A stretch of DNA of 64,000 bases, taken from sequence record DRR378314_1779; one strand, 5' to 3'. Under the pieces are notes generated by a model that searched no databases, was not told the origin of the DNA, and was given only the letters and a program-made list of their open reading frames with translations. Numbering within the stretch: the stretch's first letter is position 1; every line of letters begins with the position of its first letter. Both the position numbers and the translations under genes were made by a program. Shown here one piece after another: positions 49,776 to 60,254 of this stretch.

Positions 49776-50980
49776 TTCGCTTTTAAGATTGGCCGGAGTA
49801 CGTCAGCCCGGCCATCAATTTCGGTGAGCAGCTCTAAATTGAGTAATTCTGCCAGCATTGGGTATATATGGATATTCTCAAAACGCTCAATTTGCTGGCC
49901 ACGATGAAAACCGGTTCCGGCTGCAACAAAAAAGCCGTCCATATCGCGGGTGCCGTAATACCCGTGAGTGCCGCCGTCTGACCACTGATCACGCGGCCGT
50001 GTAGCGAAGCTGGTAGGAGCATCCGTTGCTAAAACAATGGCAGGAACCCGTGGGCTATTCACGAAATGCCGCTGAGCCAACGCTGCTTCCGATTCTGTAT
50101 AAAAGGGGGCATCAGCCATTTGGTTCAGGCGTTGTCGGAATGAGTCCACTTGCTTGTCCGAAGTCTCCTCATTTGCGTAAATAAGCAGTCGAGTTTGTGC
50201 ATTCACAACGTTAAAAAGCTCTTCATCAATATTCAGCTCATTAACATCAATCATCTTGTTGGCCTTTATCGGCGCCATGCCGTGGTCAGAAACCAGAACC
50301 AGATTAACCGGCGCATCCACTTCCGTTTGCATTCGCTGCCATAACTCGCCAATAAGCTTATCAACGTGCTGAACTGCACCTTTCACTTGTTTAGCGCCCG
50401 GGCCAAACCGATGACCCATGGTGTCAACGACAGAAAAATAGCCAGTAACCAGTCTTGGACGCGCTTGCTCCGGTAACTTTAACCATTCAATAATTTGGTC
50501 TACTCGTTGGCTATTAGGAACCGGTGTACTGTAATGATAGAAGTAACTGGGCGTCCGGCCATTAATGCGGGCATCAGACTCAGGCCAGAAAAAGGTCGCC
50601 GCTTTTACGCCCTGAAATTCGGCAAGGTTCCATAGGGGTAAAGCGGTAATCCAGCTACTGTCCTCTAAGCCGTCGCCCATGCTGTACTTTTGCTGGCGTT
50701 CGGTATCGTAAAAATTATTATCCACCAGGCCGTGATTAGTGGGATAACGGCCGGTGATAATAGATAGATGATTTGGGAATGTCTTTGACGGATAAACAGG
50801 AATAAGCCCTTTACTGCGCACACCGCTTTTAGCTAATTCTGCAATGTTTTTGGCGTCATGTTTTTCAATATAGTCGTGACGAAAGCCATCAATTGAAATA
50901 AGCACCACAGTTTGTTCATTACTTTTCCCGAAAGTAAATGACGAAAAAAGAACAAGGCAGACAGCTAAAAGCGTTCTCAT
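49772..50980 (-). CDS. Secreted nucleotide pyrophosphatase/phosphodiesterase (alkaline phosphatase superfamily)
   Basis: LISIDGFR, PSKTFPNH (catalytic Thr), DTMGH, SDHGM and GTHGY. Confidence 0.93.
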   Translation of the reverse strand: MRTLLAVCLVLFSSFTFGKSNEQTVVLISIDGFRHDYIEKHDAKNIAELAKSGVRSKGLIPVYPSKTFPNHLSIITGRYPTNHGLVDNNFYDTERQQKYSMGDGLEDSSWITALPLWNLAEFQGVKAATFFWPESDARINGRTPSYFYHYSTPVPNSQRVDQIIEWLKLPEQARPRLVTGYFSVVDTMGHRFGPGAKQVKGAVQHVDKLIGELWQRMQTEVDAPVNLVLVSDHGMAPIKANKMIDVNELNIDEELFNVVNAQTRLLIYANEETSDKQVDSFRQRLNQMADAPFYTESEAALAQRHFVNSPRVPAIVLATDAPTSFATRPRDQWSDGGTHGYYGTRDMDGFFVAAGTGFHRGQQIERFENIHIYPMLAELLNLELLTEIDGRADVLRPILKAN

Positions 50981-51001
50981 AGTAATTTCCGGTATCCGAT
51001 T

Positions 51002-51340
51002 TTAGACCTTTTTAACAAATTCAGATTTCAGTTTCATTGCACCAATACCATCAATTTTACAGTCGATGTCATGGTCACCATCAATTAAACGGATATTCTT
51101 AACTTTGGTACCGACTTTAACGACCGATGATGAACCTTTAATTTTAAGATCTTTAATGACAGTGACAGTATCGCCGTCTTCCAGTGGTGCACCGTTGGCA
51201 TCGCGAAAAGTGGGTGCATCGTCAGTTGTTTCTGGCTCGTTTTCAGACCATTCGTGTCCGCATTCAGGACAAACTAATAAGGTACCATCGTGGTAGGTGA
51301 AGCTTGATTTACACTCAGGGCAGGCTGGGAAGTCGCTCAT
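51002..51340 (-). CDS. yjdM: Zinc-ribbon protein YjdM (PhnA family)
   Basis: CPEC...[20 protein letters not shown] and [12 protein letters not shown]. Confidence 0.93.
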   Translation of the reverse strand: MSDFPACPECKSSFTYHDGTLLVCPECGHEWSENEPETTDDAPTFRDANGAPLEDGDTVTVIKDLKIKGSSSVVKVGTKVKNIRLIDGDHDIDCKIDGIGAMKLKSEFVKKV

Positions 51341-51400
51341 GTCAGATCCTTTTGAGGAGATGAAAGCGTGCGATTATAGCCTGTCAGAGCTGTCGGCGCA

Positions 51401-52765
51401 CTAGACAAAAATTAATACCACTAGTGTTGTGACAATGGCCAGCAAAATATTCAGTACCAGGCCTTCTTTCGCCATGTCTTTTATAGTGACTCTATTAGAG
51501 GCAAAAACAATAGAGTTTGGCGGTGTGGCCACCGGCATGCAAAAGGCACAACTGCAGGCAATAACCGCCGGTATCATGAGTAACTCGATAGGTAACTCAA
51601 GTGCTGTTGCCGTGGCAGCCAGAATTGGCATCAGTAAGGTGGCAGTTGCTGTATTGGAGGTGACTTCTGTAACGAAGGATACGGTCAGACTCAAAACAAA
51701 AATCAGTAACCACAATGGCAGAGCGTCCAACGCCGTGAGAGACTGACCAATAAGTTCGCCAAGCCCACTTTCCATAACGCCGCGGGCTAAGCAAATACCG
51801 CCGGCAAATAATAGCAGAATGCCCCAGGGAATATCTCTAGCCAACGGCCAGTTTAACAGTTTCTCGTTTTTCGCATTTCCGGTAGGAATAACAAACATAG
51901 AGACAACGCCGGCCAGGGCAACGGTCGCGTCATTGAGGCTGCCAACGCCAAGCAATCCAGTCCAGCCGCCAAAGGGAGCGGTACGTGTTATCCACAAAAC
52001 GACGACAGTACCAAATACCATCAGCACGCGCTTTTCGTAGGTTGTCATTTCACTGGTGGTTGGCAACTCAAGTGGCTTTGACAGTTTGACGTTACGCGTT
52101 AACCAAAGTGCGATAATAGGTAACCCCAGCAGAACCATGGGTAAACCAATGCCCAGCCAACGGGTAAAACTGAATTCTACGCCGGTAATATTCTGGTAAA
52201 TAGACGCAAAAATCAGATTTGGTGGTGTTCCTACTAACGTCGCGACGCCGCCAAGTGAGCCGGCGTAGGCCAGGCCTAACAGCAGAGCGCGTTGGAAATT
52301 TTCGTCGTCGCTGGCATCGGCCAATGCTAAAGCAACGGGTAAAAGTGCTAAAACACTCGCTGTGTTCGATATCCACATGGACAGAAAGGCGGTTGCTGCC
52401 ATAAAGGAAATAACCACTTTGCGACCATTGTCAGCACCAATGCGGGCAATCAAAGACAGAGCCATGCGTTTATGAACACCGCTGGCTTCAACGGCTTTGG
52501 CCAGCATGAATGCCCCCATAAACAACAGAATGATGTTGTCGCCTAAAGCGCCTGCGGCGGTTTGTGTGTCGATAACCCCAAACGTTGGAAGCAACACAAA
52601 AGGCAGTAATGAGGTGACAGGTAAAGGGATGCACTCGGTTACCCACCACCAGGCCACCCAGACAACGGTGCTTAAGGTTAGAGCCGCGGGTAACGGCATG
52701 TTTGCCAGCTGTGTTGTGAGTAATACAATAAGGGCGGTTATGGGCCCCAGTGCTAAATGTTTCAT
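51401..52765 (-). CDS. SLC13/DASS sodium-coupled anion symporter
   Basis: LSMWISNTA, GTPPN, TEVTSNTA and PVATPPN. Confidence 0.93.
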   Translation of the reverse strand: MKHLALGPITALIVLLTTQLANMPLPAALTLSTVVWVAWWWVTECIPLPVTSLLPFVLLPTFGVIDTQTAAGALGDNIILLFMGAFMLAKAVEASGVHKRMALSLIARIGADNGRKVVISFMAATAFLSMWISNTASVLALLPVALALADASDDENFQRALLLGLAYAGSLGGVATLVGTPPNLIFASIYQNITGVEFSFTRWLGIGLPMVLLGLPIIALWLTRNVKLSKPLELPTTSEMTTYEKRVLMVFGTVVVLWITRTAPFGGWTGLLGVGSLNDATVALAGVVSMFVIPTGNAKNEKLLNWPLARDIPWGILLLFAGGICLARGVMESGLGELIGQSLTALDALPLWLLIFVLSLTVSFVTEVTSNTATATLLMPILAATATALELPIELLMIPAVIACSCAFCMPVATPPNSIVFASNRVTIKDMAKEGLVLNILLAIVTTLVVLIFV

Positions 52766-52852
52766 TAAGTGGTTGTCACATCCAGTTCATCTTTTACCCT
52801 GTAAGATAATAGAGAAGTGACTGAATCACCAACGAAAGAAAAAGGGCAGCCT

Positions 52853-54076
52853 ATGAGTCAACAACTCGTGCGTTCCACCTCGCTGGCCGGAGCTATAGTT
52901 TTAGGGCTGGGTTCCATTTTAGGTACGGGTGCGTTCGTTAGTGTGGGTATTGGTGCGGATATTGCCGGTGGTGCCGTTTTATGGGCTATTCTCATTGCGG
53001 CAGTAACGGCTTTATGCAATGGCCTGTCTTCGGCTCAGTTAGCTTCCGCACATTCAGTAAGCGGCGGCACCTATGAATATGGTTACCGGTTTCTGACCCC
53101 GGCTTATGGCGTAACAGCCGGTAGTTTATTCGTTGTGGCAAAAAGTGCGTCAGCGGCAACCGCTGCGCTGGCGGTAGGCTGGTATGTGACGAATGTCACG
53201 GCAATACCTGAATATTTAGCACAGTGGATAGCAGCCGCGGTATTGGTGCTATTCACGTTATTGGTACTGGGTGGCGTTAAGCGCACAAACTGGGTTAATG
53301 CAGCCATTGTTACGGTTAGCATCACCGCTCTGCTGGTATTTATTTTTACAGCTCATCAGCAAACCGCTGTTGTTGTTGAGCGAGATTCAGTCGAGTGGTG
53401 GCACGTTTTGCAGGCGGCCGCTCTTCTTTTTGTTGCTTATACAGGTTACGGACGTATTGCCACCATGGGGGAAGAAGTACGAAATCCGCGTCAGGTCATT
53501 CCTCTGGCTGTTATTTTAACTCTGGCGATTGTGACGCTTCTGTATTTGGGCGTTGGTAGCGCGCTATTGCACTTTCCCAGCATAGAGGACTTTCAGGCGG
53601 AGCACTTCTCTTTGGCGAGTTTGCTGCCCAATGGACCAATACAGTGGTTGGTGACCGTGGGTGCAGTGGTTGCTATGGGCGGAGTTATTCTAAACTTAAT
53701 TTTAGGTGTTTCGCGGGTGGTTCTGGCTATGGCGCGTCGCGCCGATTTACCCATGCGCTTTGCTAACTTAAATGACCAACAAACCTCAGCACCCCCGGCA
53801 ACCTGGTTAACTTGTGTTGTCATGCTGGTGCTGGTCGTAATTGGTGATATAAAGACCGCATGGTCGTTCAGTGCCTTCACGGTTTTAGTGTATTATGGCA
53901 TCACGAATTTAGCGGCACTGAAGGTCACAAAAAGTGATCGTTTTGTGCCTAAATGGGTATCCATACTAGGTTTAGTCAGTTGTCTTGGGCTGGCCGTTTT
54001 TGTTCCCTGGCAGGTATTGTTGTCAGGGCTTATTTTTATTGTCGTAGTTCTGCTGATACATCAGCTGAGACGCTAA
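52853..54076 (+). CDS. APC family amino acid permease
   Basis: GLGSILGTGAF, SGGTYEY and AYTGYGRIATMGEEV; about 12 TM helices; ATG 52853 preferred. Confidence 0.9.
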   Translation: MSQQLVRSTSLAGAIVLGLGSILGTGAFVSVGIGADIAGGAVLWAILIAAVTALCNGLSSAQLASAHSVSGGTYEYGYRFLTPAYGVTAGSLFVVAKSASAATAALAVGWYVTNVTAIPEYLAQWIAAAVLVLFTLLVLGGVKRTNWVNAAIVTVSITALLVFIFTAHQQTAVVVERDSVEWWHVLQAAALLFVAYTGYGRIATMGEEVRNPRQVIPLAVILTLAIVTLLYLGVGSALLHFPSIEDFQAEHFSLASLLPNGPIQWLVTVGAVVAMGGVILNLILGVSRVVLAMARRADLPMRFANLNDQQTSAPPATWLTCVVMLVLVVIGDIKTAWSFSAFTVLVYYGITNLAALKVTKSDRFVPKWVSILGLVSCLGLAVFVPWQVLLSGLIFIVVVLLIHQLRR

Positions 54077-54085
54077 GAGGTAACC

Positions 54086-55033
54086 ATGCGAGATATTGTT
54101 ATTCTGCACGAAAATGAAGAGTGGCTGGTGCCACTAAGAGCAGAGTTTGAGAAGCGCGATGTGCAAGCCAAAGAATGGTTTCTGGATACGGGGGTTATAC
54201 CTTTTTCCGAGCTTCCGGAAGATGCGGTTTACTATAATCGTATGAGTGCCTCCTCGCATACAAGAGGACATCGTTTTGCACCGGAGCTGACTCGCATGGC
54301 GTTAACCTGGCTGGAAAACAGTAACCGAACTGTGGTTAATGGTACCCGGGTGCTGGCGCTGGAGGTATGTAAGCTGTCGCAATATGCCGCGTTGCAAAAA
54401 GCCGGACTTAATGTGCCGAAAACCCAGGCTGTGGTAGGAAAAGACTTGCTGACAGATGCCGCTGAGAAGTTTGCTGAGTGGCCACTGATTTTAAAACCTA
54501 ATCGCGGTGGTAAAGGCCTAGGTGTTATTAAGTTTGATGATGTTGCTGGCTTAAAGAGCTACATAAACAGCAACGATTATGAAGAGCCGTTAGATGGCAT
54601 CTGGCTGTTGCAAGAATACATTCAACCCAGGCAGCCGCATATTACTCGCAGCGAGTTTGTCGGGCAGAAATTTGTTTACGCGGTCAATGTTAACACTGAG
54701 CAAGGTTTTGAGTTGTGCCCTGCGGATGTGTGCAGTGTGGATGATGCGTTTTGTCCCACCAGTGAAGCGCCTGCTGATGGCAATCAACCCAATAAATTCA
54801 CTATTACGCAGCGCTTTAATGATCACGAAATTATTTTTGCGCTGGAAGCCTTTTTAAAAGCCAATGATATTGATGTGGCGGGCATTGAATTTATTGAAGA
54901 CGCAAAAGGCGAGCTGTACGTTTACGATGTGAACACCAACACTAATTATAATCAAAGTGCAGAGCGCGAAGCGGGTGTTAAGAAAACAGGCATGGGCGCG
55001 TTAGCGGATTACCTTATTAGCTTAGCGCAATAA
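54086..55033 (+). CDS. RimK/GshB-like ATP-grasp ligase of unknown substrate
   Basis: ILKPNRGGKGLGV, LLQEYI, AGIEF and DVNTNTNYN ATP-grasp motifs; GAGG RBS. Confidence 0.85.
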   Translation: MRDIVILHENEEWLVPLRAEFEKRDVQAKEWFLDTGVIPFSELPEDAVYYNRMSASSHTRGHRFAPELTRMALTWLENSNRTVVNGTRVLALEVCKLSQYAALQKAGLNVPKTQAVVGKDLLTDAAEKFAEWPLILKPNRGGKGLGVIKFDDVAGLKSYINSNDYEEPLDGIWLLQEYIQPRQPHITRSEFVGQKFVYAVNVNTEQGFELCPADVCSVDDAFCPTSEAPADGNQPNKFTITQRFNDHEIIFALEAFLKANDIDVAGIEFIEDAKGELYVYDVNTNTNYNQSAEREAGVKKTGMGALADYLISLAQ

Positions 55034-55043
55034 GGCGGCCCAG

Positions 55044-55071
55044 AAAAAATGGCCCCATAAAAATGGGGCCA
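55044..55071 (-). terminator. Intrinsic terminator of the TonB receptor gene
   Basis: TGGCCCCAT-AAAA-ATGGGGCCA stem with a T-run on the minus strand. Confidence 0.8.
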
Positions 55072-55097
55072 CGATAAATCCAGGGAGGGATTTATTT

Positions 55098-57227
55098 TTA
55101 GAAAGTGTATTCCACACCGAAAGAAGCGGTTTGAGGTTTGTTCGGACGTGCACCATGTGGTGAGCGAGCAACGATCTTCTGTTGGTCGAATAGGTTCTCA
55201 ACTTTGAAATAAACCGCCATGTTGTTGTTCATTTCGTAGCGGCTGACAAAATCGGTGACAAAAACAGATTCCGTTTTGTCAAAGCGGCTGTTGCTTCGGT
55301 TGCAGCCGGTGCTGACGCACATTTCGTCAGCATATTTGGCGACAACATAATTTACCCATCCTTGCTGGTTATCGAGCGCAATACGCATACTGAACATGTT
55401 TTGTGGAATGTCAGCTAACTCGTCGCCGTCAAGGTTATTGAGGTTGTCTTCGCTAATTTCACCCTTGGTATAGGTGTAAGTAACATCAATAGGTATTAAA
55501 AAACTTCCTGCTTCAAAGGTATTGCTCGCCTGGAATTCCAAACCGCGAACTACTGACTCACCCAATACGTAGTTACCCGATTCAGCGCCGTTGTCACAAG
55601 GGTTAGCAATTGAACATTGCTGGGTGGTGTCGCTAAAGTCGCTATAGAAACCAATAGCTTCCGCAAAGAAAGAACCTTGGTTAAAACGAACGCCGGCTTC
55701 GTAGTTATTGCTGGTTTCTGGTTCCTGGAACTCTTTCGCACCGCCGCCTAAAGGAGAAAAACCTTTATGTGCGCCGGCCAGTACCTGCCAGTTATCGTTT
55801 ACGTCATAAGTGAAGGATACGCCCGGCAACCACTCGTCGCTGTCGTTTGAACGCGTGCTGTCCAGTTGCTCGCGAGCCGTATCAGCAAACTGGTAACGGT
55901 AAGACTCAACATCTTCATAACGCAGTGCAAAGTGTACATTAAGGTCTTCTGTTGCCTGCCACTGATCTGTCAGCCAGAAGCTGATTGCGTCAGCGCCTTC
56001 TAAACGGTTATTGCCGCCGGTAGGCATAACTTCGCTCTGGTAGACGAGGCTACCGTTAACCTGATCATAAATTTCAACTGGCTGGAAACGATCCATCTCA
56101 TCGCTGTGATCACGAACACCCACTTCCAGGTTATGAGTTCCAAAAACTAACTGAGCATTGGCTTCAATGCCTTTTGATTCATAAGCACGGTTGTTGTTTT
56201 TGTAATTCAAACCGGCTTCATCCTGAGTGCCTCGCAAAATAGCCAATGCATCGGCGTCACCGTTATTAGCCGCACTGACGTATGCATTACCGCCATCCAG
56301 TTTGAACCAGTTGCGCGCATAGTCGTTGTAATAGCCTAAAATACTGAAAGTCAGGTTATTCGTCGCTTCAAATGCATAGTTTAAGCTGTAGCCTTTGTGC
56401 GAGTTATCCATCTGATCAATCTCAGACAGCCCGTAACGGCGGTTTTCATTCTGAGCGAAATCGGTATCGGCCAAACCGAGATAAGTTTCGTTTGAGATTT
56501 CTTCTGAATATTGAACTTTAGCCAACAGGCTCTGGCGCTCTCCTGTCCACTGAAGTTTTGCAACGTAGTCTTCAATATCAAAACCGGCATCGCGACTGCT
56601 GCGGTCAATTTCTTTGAAGCCGTCGCTGCTGCGTTGAACGGTTTCTAATAAAAAGCCCCATTGACCTTCCGTACCGCCCACATGGGCGTGAATGTCACGG
56701 CTACTGTTCTCGCCAAATTCAGTTACTACCTGACCGCCAAAGTCTTCCGGAACGGGTGTTGTCACCAGGTTTAAAACGCCGCCGGTTGTTTGTGGGCCGT
56801 ACCGTAATAAAGGAGCGCCTTTTAATACTTCAACTGATGACATACGGAAGGTAGTCGGGAAGTAGTAGGCCGCCGGGTTTGAATAAGGCGCCGGAGCCAT
56901 CATAACGCCATCTTCTAATAAGGTAACCTTGCTGACACGGCCTGCTGTTGCGGCACGAATACCGATGTTCGGGCGCAGACCTTCGCCATCTTCTTCACGG
57001 ACATAAACACCCGGGATGGTTTTCATTAATTGGTTAATATCGCTCGGAACTTCAATACGCATCTGCTCTTCGTCAATGACGGCGCTGGAACCGGCAACAT
57101 TGCGGGCGTCTGTTTTACTGCCAATAATTTTGATTTGCTCGATATCAGTATCGCCGTTGGCGTTACTGGCCATAGCGGGAGTTGCAAGGGCAGCCAATAT
57201 GGTGCTGGCTAAGATCGTTTTCTTCAT
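55098..57227 (-). CDS. TonB-dependent receptor, FecA-like
   Basis: Signal peptide; plug motifs PGVYVREEDG.GLRPNIGIR, EDGV..APAPY and EVLKG...YGPQT; C-terminal Phe. Confidence 0.92.
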   Translation of the reverse strand: MKKTILASTILAALATPAMASNANGDTDIEQIKIIGSKTDARNVAGSSAVIDEEQMRIEVPSDINQLMKTIPGVYVREEDGEGLRPNIGIRAATAGRVSKVTLLEDGVMMAPAPYSNPAAYYFPTTFRMSSVEVLKGAPLLRYGPQTTGGVLNLVTTPVPEDFGGQVVTEFGENSSRDIHAHVGGTEGQWGFLLETVQRSSDGFKEIDRSSRDAGFDIEDYVAKLQWTGERQSLLAKVQYSEEISNETYLGLADTDFAQNENRRYGLSEIDQMDNSHKGYSLNYAFEATNNLTFSILGYYNDYARNWFKLDGGNAYVSAANNGDADALAILRGTQDEAGLNYKNNNRAYESKGIEANAQLVFGTHNLEVGVRDHSDEMDRFQPVEIYDQVNGSLVYQSEVMPTGGNNRLEGADAISFWLTDQWQATEDLNVHFALRYEDVESYRYQFADTAREQLDSTRSNDSDEWLPGVSFTYDVNDNWQVLAGAHKGFSPLGGGAKEFQEPETSNNYEAGVRFNQGSFFAEAIGFYSDFSDTTQQCSIANPCDNGAESGNYVLGESVVRGLEFQASNTFEAGSFLIPIDVTYTYTKGEISEDNLNNLDGDELADIPQNMFSMRIALDNQQGWVNYVVAKYADEMCVSTGCNRSNSRFDKTESVFVTDFVSRYEMNNNMAVYFKVENLFDQQKIVARSPHGARPNKPQTASFGVEYTF

Positions 57228-57296
57228 AACGGACTCGGTTCACCTTTATTAAAAAGTTATTTTAGATTAATTAAACTCGGCGGAGATGATAATTAA

Positions 57297-57315
57297 AATA
57301 AGAATGATTCGCAAT
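57297..57315. promoter_or_regulatory. Fur box upstream of the TonB receptor
   Basis: AATAAGAATGATTCGCAAT within an AT-rich GATAAT-like array about 70 nt upstream of the start. Confidence 0.65.
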
Positions 57316-57473
57316 AATAAAATTTGTTGTTTTTTGATCTGGTTCTTGATTCTGGCGCTGCTTCCACAGATTTGAAAAAGACTTGGAAGAATTAATGCAA
57401 TTACCAGCGTGATCTATAGAATTCTAACTTAACGGTTAAAAATATAAGGATGGCAAGTATGCCCGCGATACAT

Positions 57474-58400
57474 ATGAAAGGAAGTGTCTCTATTCTCGTT
57501 GTAATGCTGCTGTCAGGTTGCGCCCTGTTAACTCCGAAAGAGCAAGTGCCGACATATTACCAGTGTGGGGCGAGCGAGCTCAGTGTTCAGCAAAAAGAAG
57601 ACGGTGTGCTGTTAAGTTACGGGTCACAACAGGAAGAGTTACCTCAGGCTGTGAGTGGCTCCGGGGCTCGCTACTCAAATGATAAAGAGCCATTAACTCA
57701 AGTCTGGAATAAAGGTAACGAAGCCGATATTATCTGGCGGGGTCAGGAAATGCCGCTTTGCATCGAGCAGGGAACTTTACCCAAACATTTTACGGCAAGA
57801 GGTAATGAGCCTTTTTGGCAAGTGGCGGTAAACCCACAGCATATGGCACTGACCACTCCTGAGAGCGAAGCAATTATTGATTTAGTCGCCGCGGAGGTTG
57901 TTTCTGAGCAACCTTATGAATGGCGTATTGAGTCGACGACCGATAAACATCTTATTGTTATTAACAGGCTATGTCGCGATTCGATGAGCGGACGTTTATA
58001 TCCATATCAGGTTGACTTACAAGAATCTGACCGCATGTATTCTGGCTGCGGCGGCGATAGCGAATGGTTACTTCAGGGGGCTACCTGGGAGCTCTCTGAA
58101 TTTGAAGGCCATGCCATTCATTCTAAACCGCCGACAATTCAGTTTTTGAAAGACAGCCAGCTTGCCGGTTTTAATGGTTGTAATCGTTATTTTGGGAACT
58201 ACAACATGGGTGGAGAACTCGCTCAAATTCGTATTACAGGAAGCACAAAAATGGCGTGCAGTGGCGAGGCTAACGAACTCTCGCAAGAGTTCAGCAGTGT
58301 TCTGGAGCGAGTTTATCAAGTGAATATTGATGATAAAGGGCGCTTGATATTGAGCACTCGTGGGGGCCGTCAAATGACATTTAAGCAACAGAGCGAATAA
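57474..58400 (+). CDS. Lipoprotein with MliC-like and META (HslJ) domains
   Basis: Lipobox LSGC; AVSGSGARY..WNKG (MliC), ARGNEPFW, CRDSMSG and GFNGCNRYFG..STKMAC (META). Confidence 0.85.
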   Translation: MKGSVSILVVMLLSGCALLTPKEQVPTYYQCGASELSVQQKEDGVLLSYGSQQEELPQAVSGSGARYSNDKEPLTQVWNKGNEADIIWRGQEMPLCIEQGTLPKHFTARGNEPFWQVAVNPQHMALTTPESEAIIDLVAAEVVSEQPYEWRIESTTDKHLIVINRLCRDSMSGRLYPYQVDLQESDRMYSGCGGDSEWLLQGATWELSEFEGHAIHSKPPTIQFLKDSQLAGFNGCNRYFGNYNMGGELAQIRITGSTKMACSGEANELSQEFSSVLERVYQVNIDDKGRLILSTRGGRQMTFKQQSE

Positions 58401-58418
58401 CGGCAAAAGGGCGCCACC

Positions 58419-58871
58419 ATGCAATTAAAAAAGTACACAGATTACGGTCTGCGAGTTCTTATGTATCTGGCTGCAAAAGAGGATACGAAGCGCGCCACTA
58501 TTGATGAGTTGAGCGGCATATTCAATGTTCCCCGCAATCACTTAAATAAGGTCGTTCATCAATTAGGCAAAGAAGGTCTAATTGAAACGCGTCGTGGTAA
58601 AAATGGTGGCTTCCTGTTGGCTATTAAGCCGTCTGATATCCGGCTGGATAAAGTCATACGCAGACTGGAGGGTGATGAGTACTGGGTCGATTGCCATAAA
58701 CCCGAGTGCGCTATTTTTCCTGTTTGCGAGCTGAAACATGTGATCAATCAGGGGAAAGAAACCTTCTACGACTTTCTGGCGGGCTATACTCTTGCTTCAT
58801 TAGTAAGTAATGATGCACAAATTAGAGAGTTTTGGGGGACCCCTATTCCGGTAACTATCGACAAAGACTGA
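58419..58871 (+). CDS. nsrR: Rrf2 family regulator, NsrR-like
   Basis: YTDYGLRVLMYL, NHLNKVV and RGKNGG; three Cys (DC..PEC...PVC) as Fe-S ligands. Confidence 0.75.
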   Translation: MQLKKYTDYGLRVLMYLAAKEDTKRATIDELSGIFNVPRNHLNKVVHQLGKEGLIETRRGKNGGFLLAIKPSDIRLDKVIRRLEGDEYWVDCHKPECAIFPVCELKHVINQGKETFYDFLAGYTLASLVSNDAQIREFWGTPIPVTIDKD

Positions 58872-58965
58872 CTTTTTGTCTCAATGCTGGTCGCTGCCGT
58901 TGCAATTGGTTAGAGTTCGGAGTATCAAAGAAGAACAATAACCAGAATGAATATTAGGGGGAACT

Positions 58966-60240
58966 ATGCTGAAAAAGATAGCTATCGGATTGACTGTCGC
59001 TTTAGCCGGGCATTCAGCTCAAGCCGGTGAATGGCTGCACTGCGGAAACGTTTTTGATAGTGAAAGTGGTCGTCTCGCTGGTGAGCGCTATATTGAAGTC
59101 ACTGACAACAAAATTACCGCTGTAAAAGTGAATAGCCCGGGTGGTGATGCGTCAGTTACCGACTTAAGCTCACATACCTGCTTGCCTGGTCTTATCGACT
59201 TACATGTGCATCTTGACGGTCAGTCCGGGCCAAATTCATACATAAAACAGTTTACTGAAAATCCGGCCGATCTCGCTTTAACAGCTCAGCATTACGGTAT
59301 GAAAACGCTGAACGCAGGCTTTACCACGGTAAGAAATCCAGGTGACTCTTATAATGTAACTATTGCTCTGCGCGATGCTATTAATGCTGGTGTCGTTGAT
59401 GGCCCCAGAATTTATTCTGCGGGCAAATCGTTGGCAACGACAGGTGGGCATGCGGACCCTACTAATGGTTGGAAGGAAGAACTCATGGGGCGTCCCACAC
59501 CAAAAGACGGTGTCATTAATAGTGCGGCGGGGGCACGTGAGGCCGTACGCCAGCATTATAAAGATGGAGCTGATTTCATCAAAATTACCGCAACTGGTGG
59601 TGTTTTAAGTATGGCCAGTAGTGGCGATAACCCACAGTTTACCGATGATGAATTAAAAGCTCTGGTGGATATTGCTAACGATTATAACTTTCACGTTGCA
59701 GCCCATGCTCATGGCAAAGCCGGTATGTTACGTGCTGTAAAAGCGGGAATCACCTCGGTGGAACATGGCACTTACATGGATGACGAAGTGATTGCCGCTA
59801 TGAAAGAGCATGGTACTTATTTGGTTCCGACAATTATGGCCGGTAAATTTGTTGCTAAGAAAGCTGAAATTGACGGCTATTTCCCCGATGTTGTCAGACC
59901 CAAAGCACGTGCCATAGGACCCCAAATTCAGGATACTTTTGCGAAAGCTTATAAGGCTGGAGTGAACTTTGCTTTTGGCACCGATAGTGGTGTTTCAGCG
60001 CACGGCGATAACGCGCTTGAATTCCAGTACATGGTCGAGGCCGGAGTATCGGAAGCTGAGGCAATTCAGTCAGCGACCAAAACGGCAGCGAAGTTACTGA
60101 AAAATGAAAATATCGGTCATCTGGAGGAAGGTAAACTGGCCGATATTGTTGCCGTAAAAGGGAATCCGCTGGATGACATCACGCTATTACAAAATGTGAG
60201 TTTCGTGATGAAAGACGGCAAAGTTTATAAGCACCAATAA
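58966..60240 (+). CDS. Secreted metal-dependent amidohydrolase (Xaa-Pro dipeptidase-like)
   Basis: Signal peptide; [29 protein letters not shown] and FGTD. Confidence 0.9.
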   Translation: MLKKIAIGLTVALAGHSAQAGEWLHCGNVFDSESGRLAGERYIEVTDNKITAVKVNSPGGDASVTDLSSHTCLPGLIDLHVHLDGQSGPNSYIKQFTENPADLALTAQHYGMKTLNAGFTTVRNPGDSYNVTIALRDAINAGVVDGPRIYSAGKSLATTGGHADPTNGWKEELMGRPTPKDGVINSAAGAREAVRQHYKDGADFIKITATGGVLSMASSGDNPQFTDDELKALVDIANDYNFHVAAHAHGKAGMLRAVKAGITSVEHGTYMDDEVIAAMKEHGTYLVPTIMAGKFVAKKAEIDGYFPDVVRPKARAIGPQIQDTFAKAYKAGVNFAFGTDSGVSAHGDNALEFQYMVEAGVSEAEAIQSATKTAAKLLKNENIGHLEEGKLADIVAVKGNPLDDITLLQNVSFVMKDGKVYKHQ

Positions 60241-60254
60241 GTTATTTGGAAGGG

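Noticed and set aside
383-55033. One integrated glutamate-polymer system linking glnA, the cyanophycinase-like gene, pgsBCW and the ATP-grasp ligase
   Set aside because: The genes are spread over more than 50 kb in separate transcription units with no shared regulatory motif that I could see.
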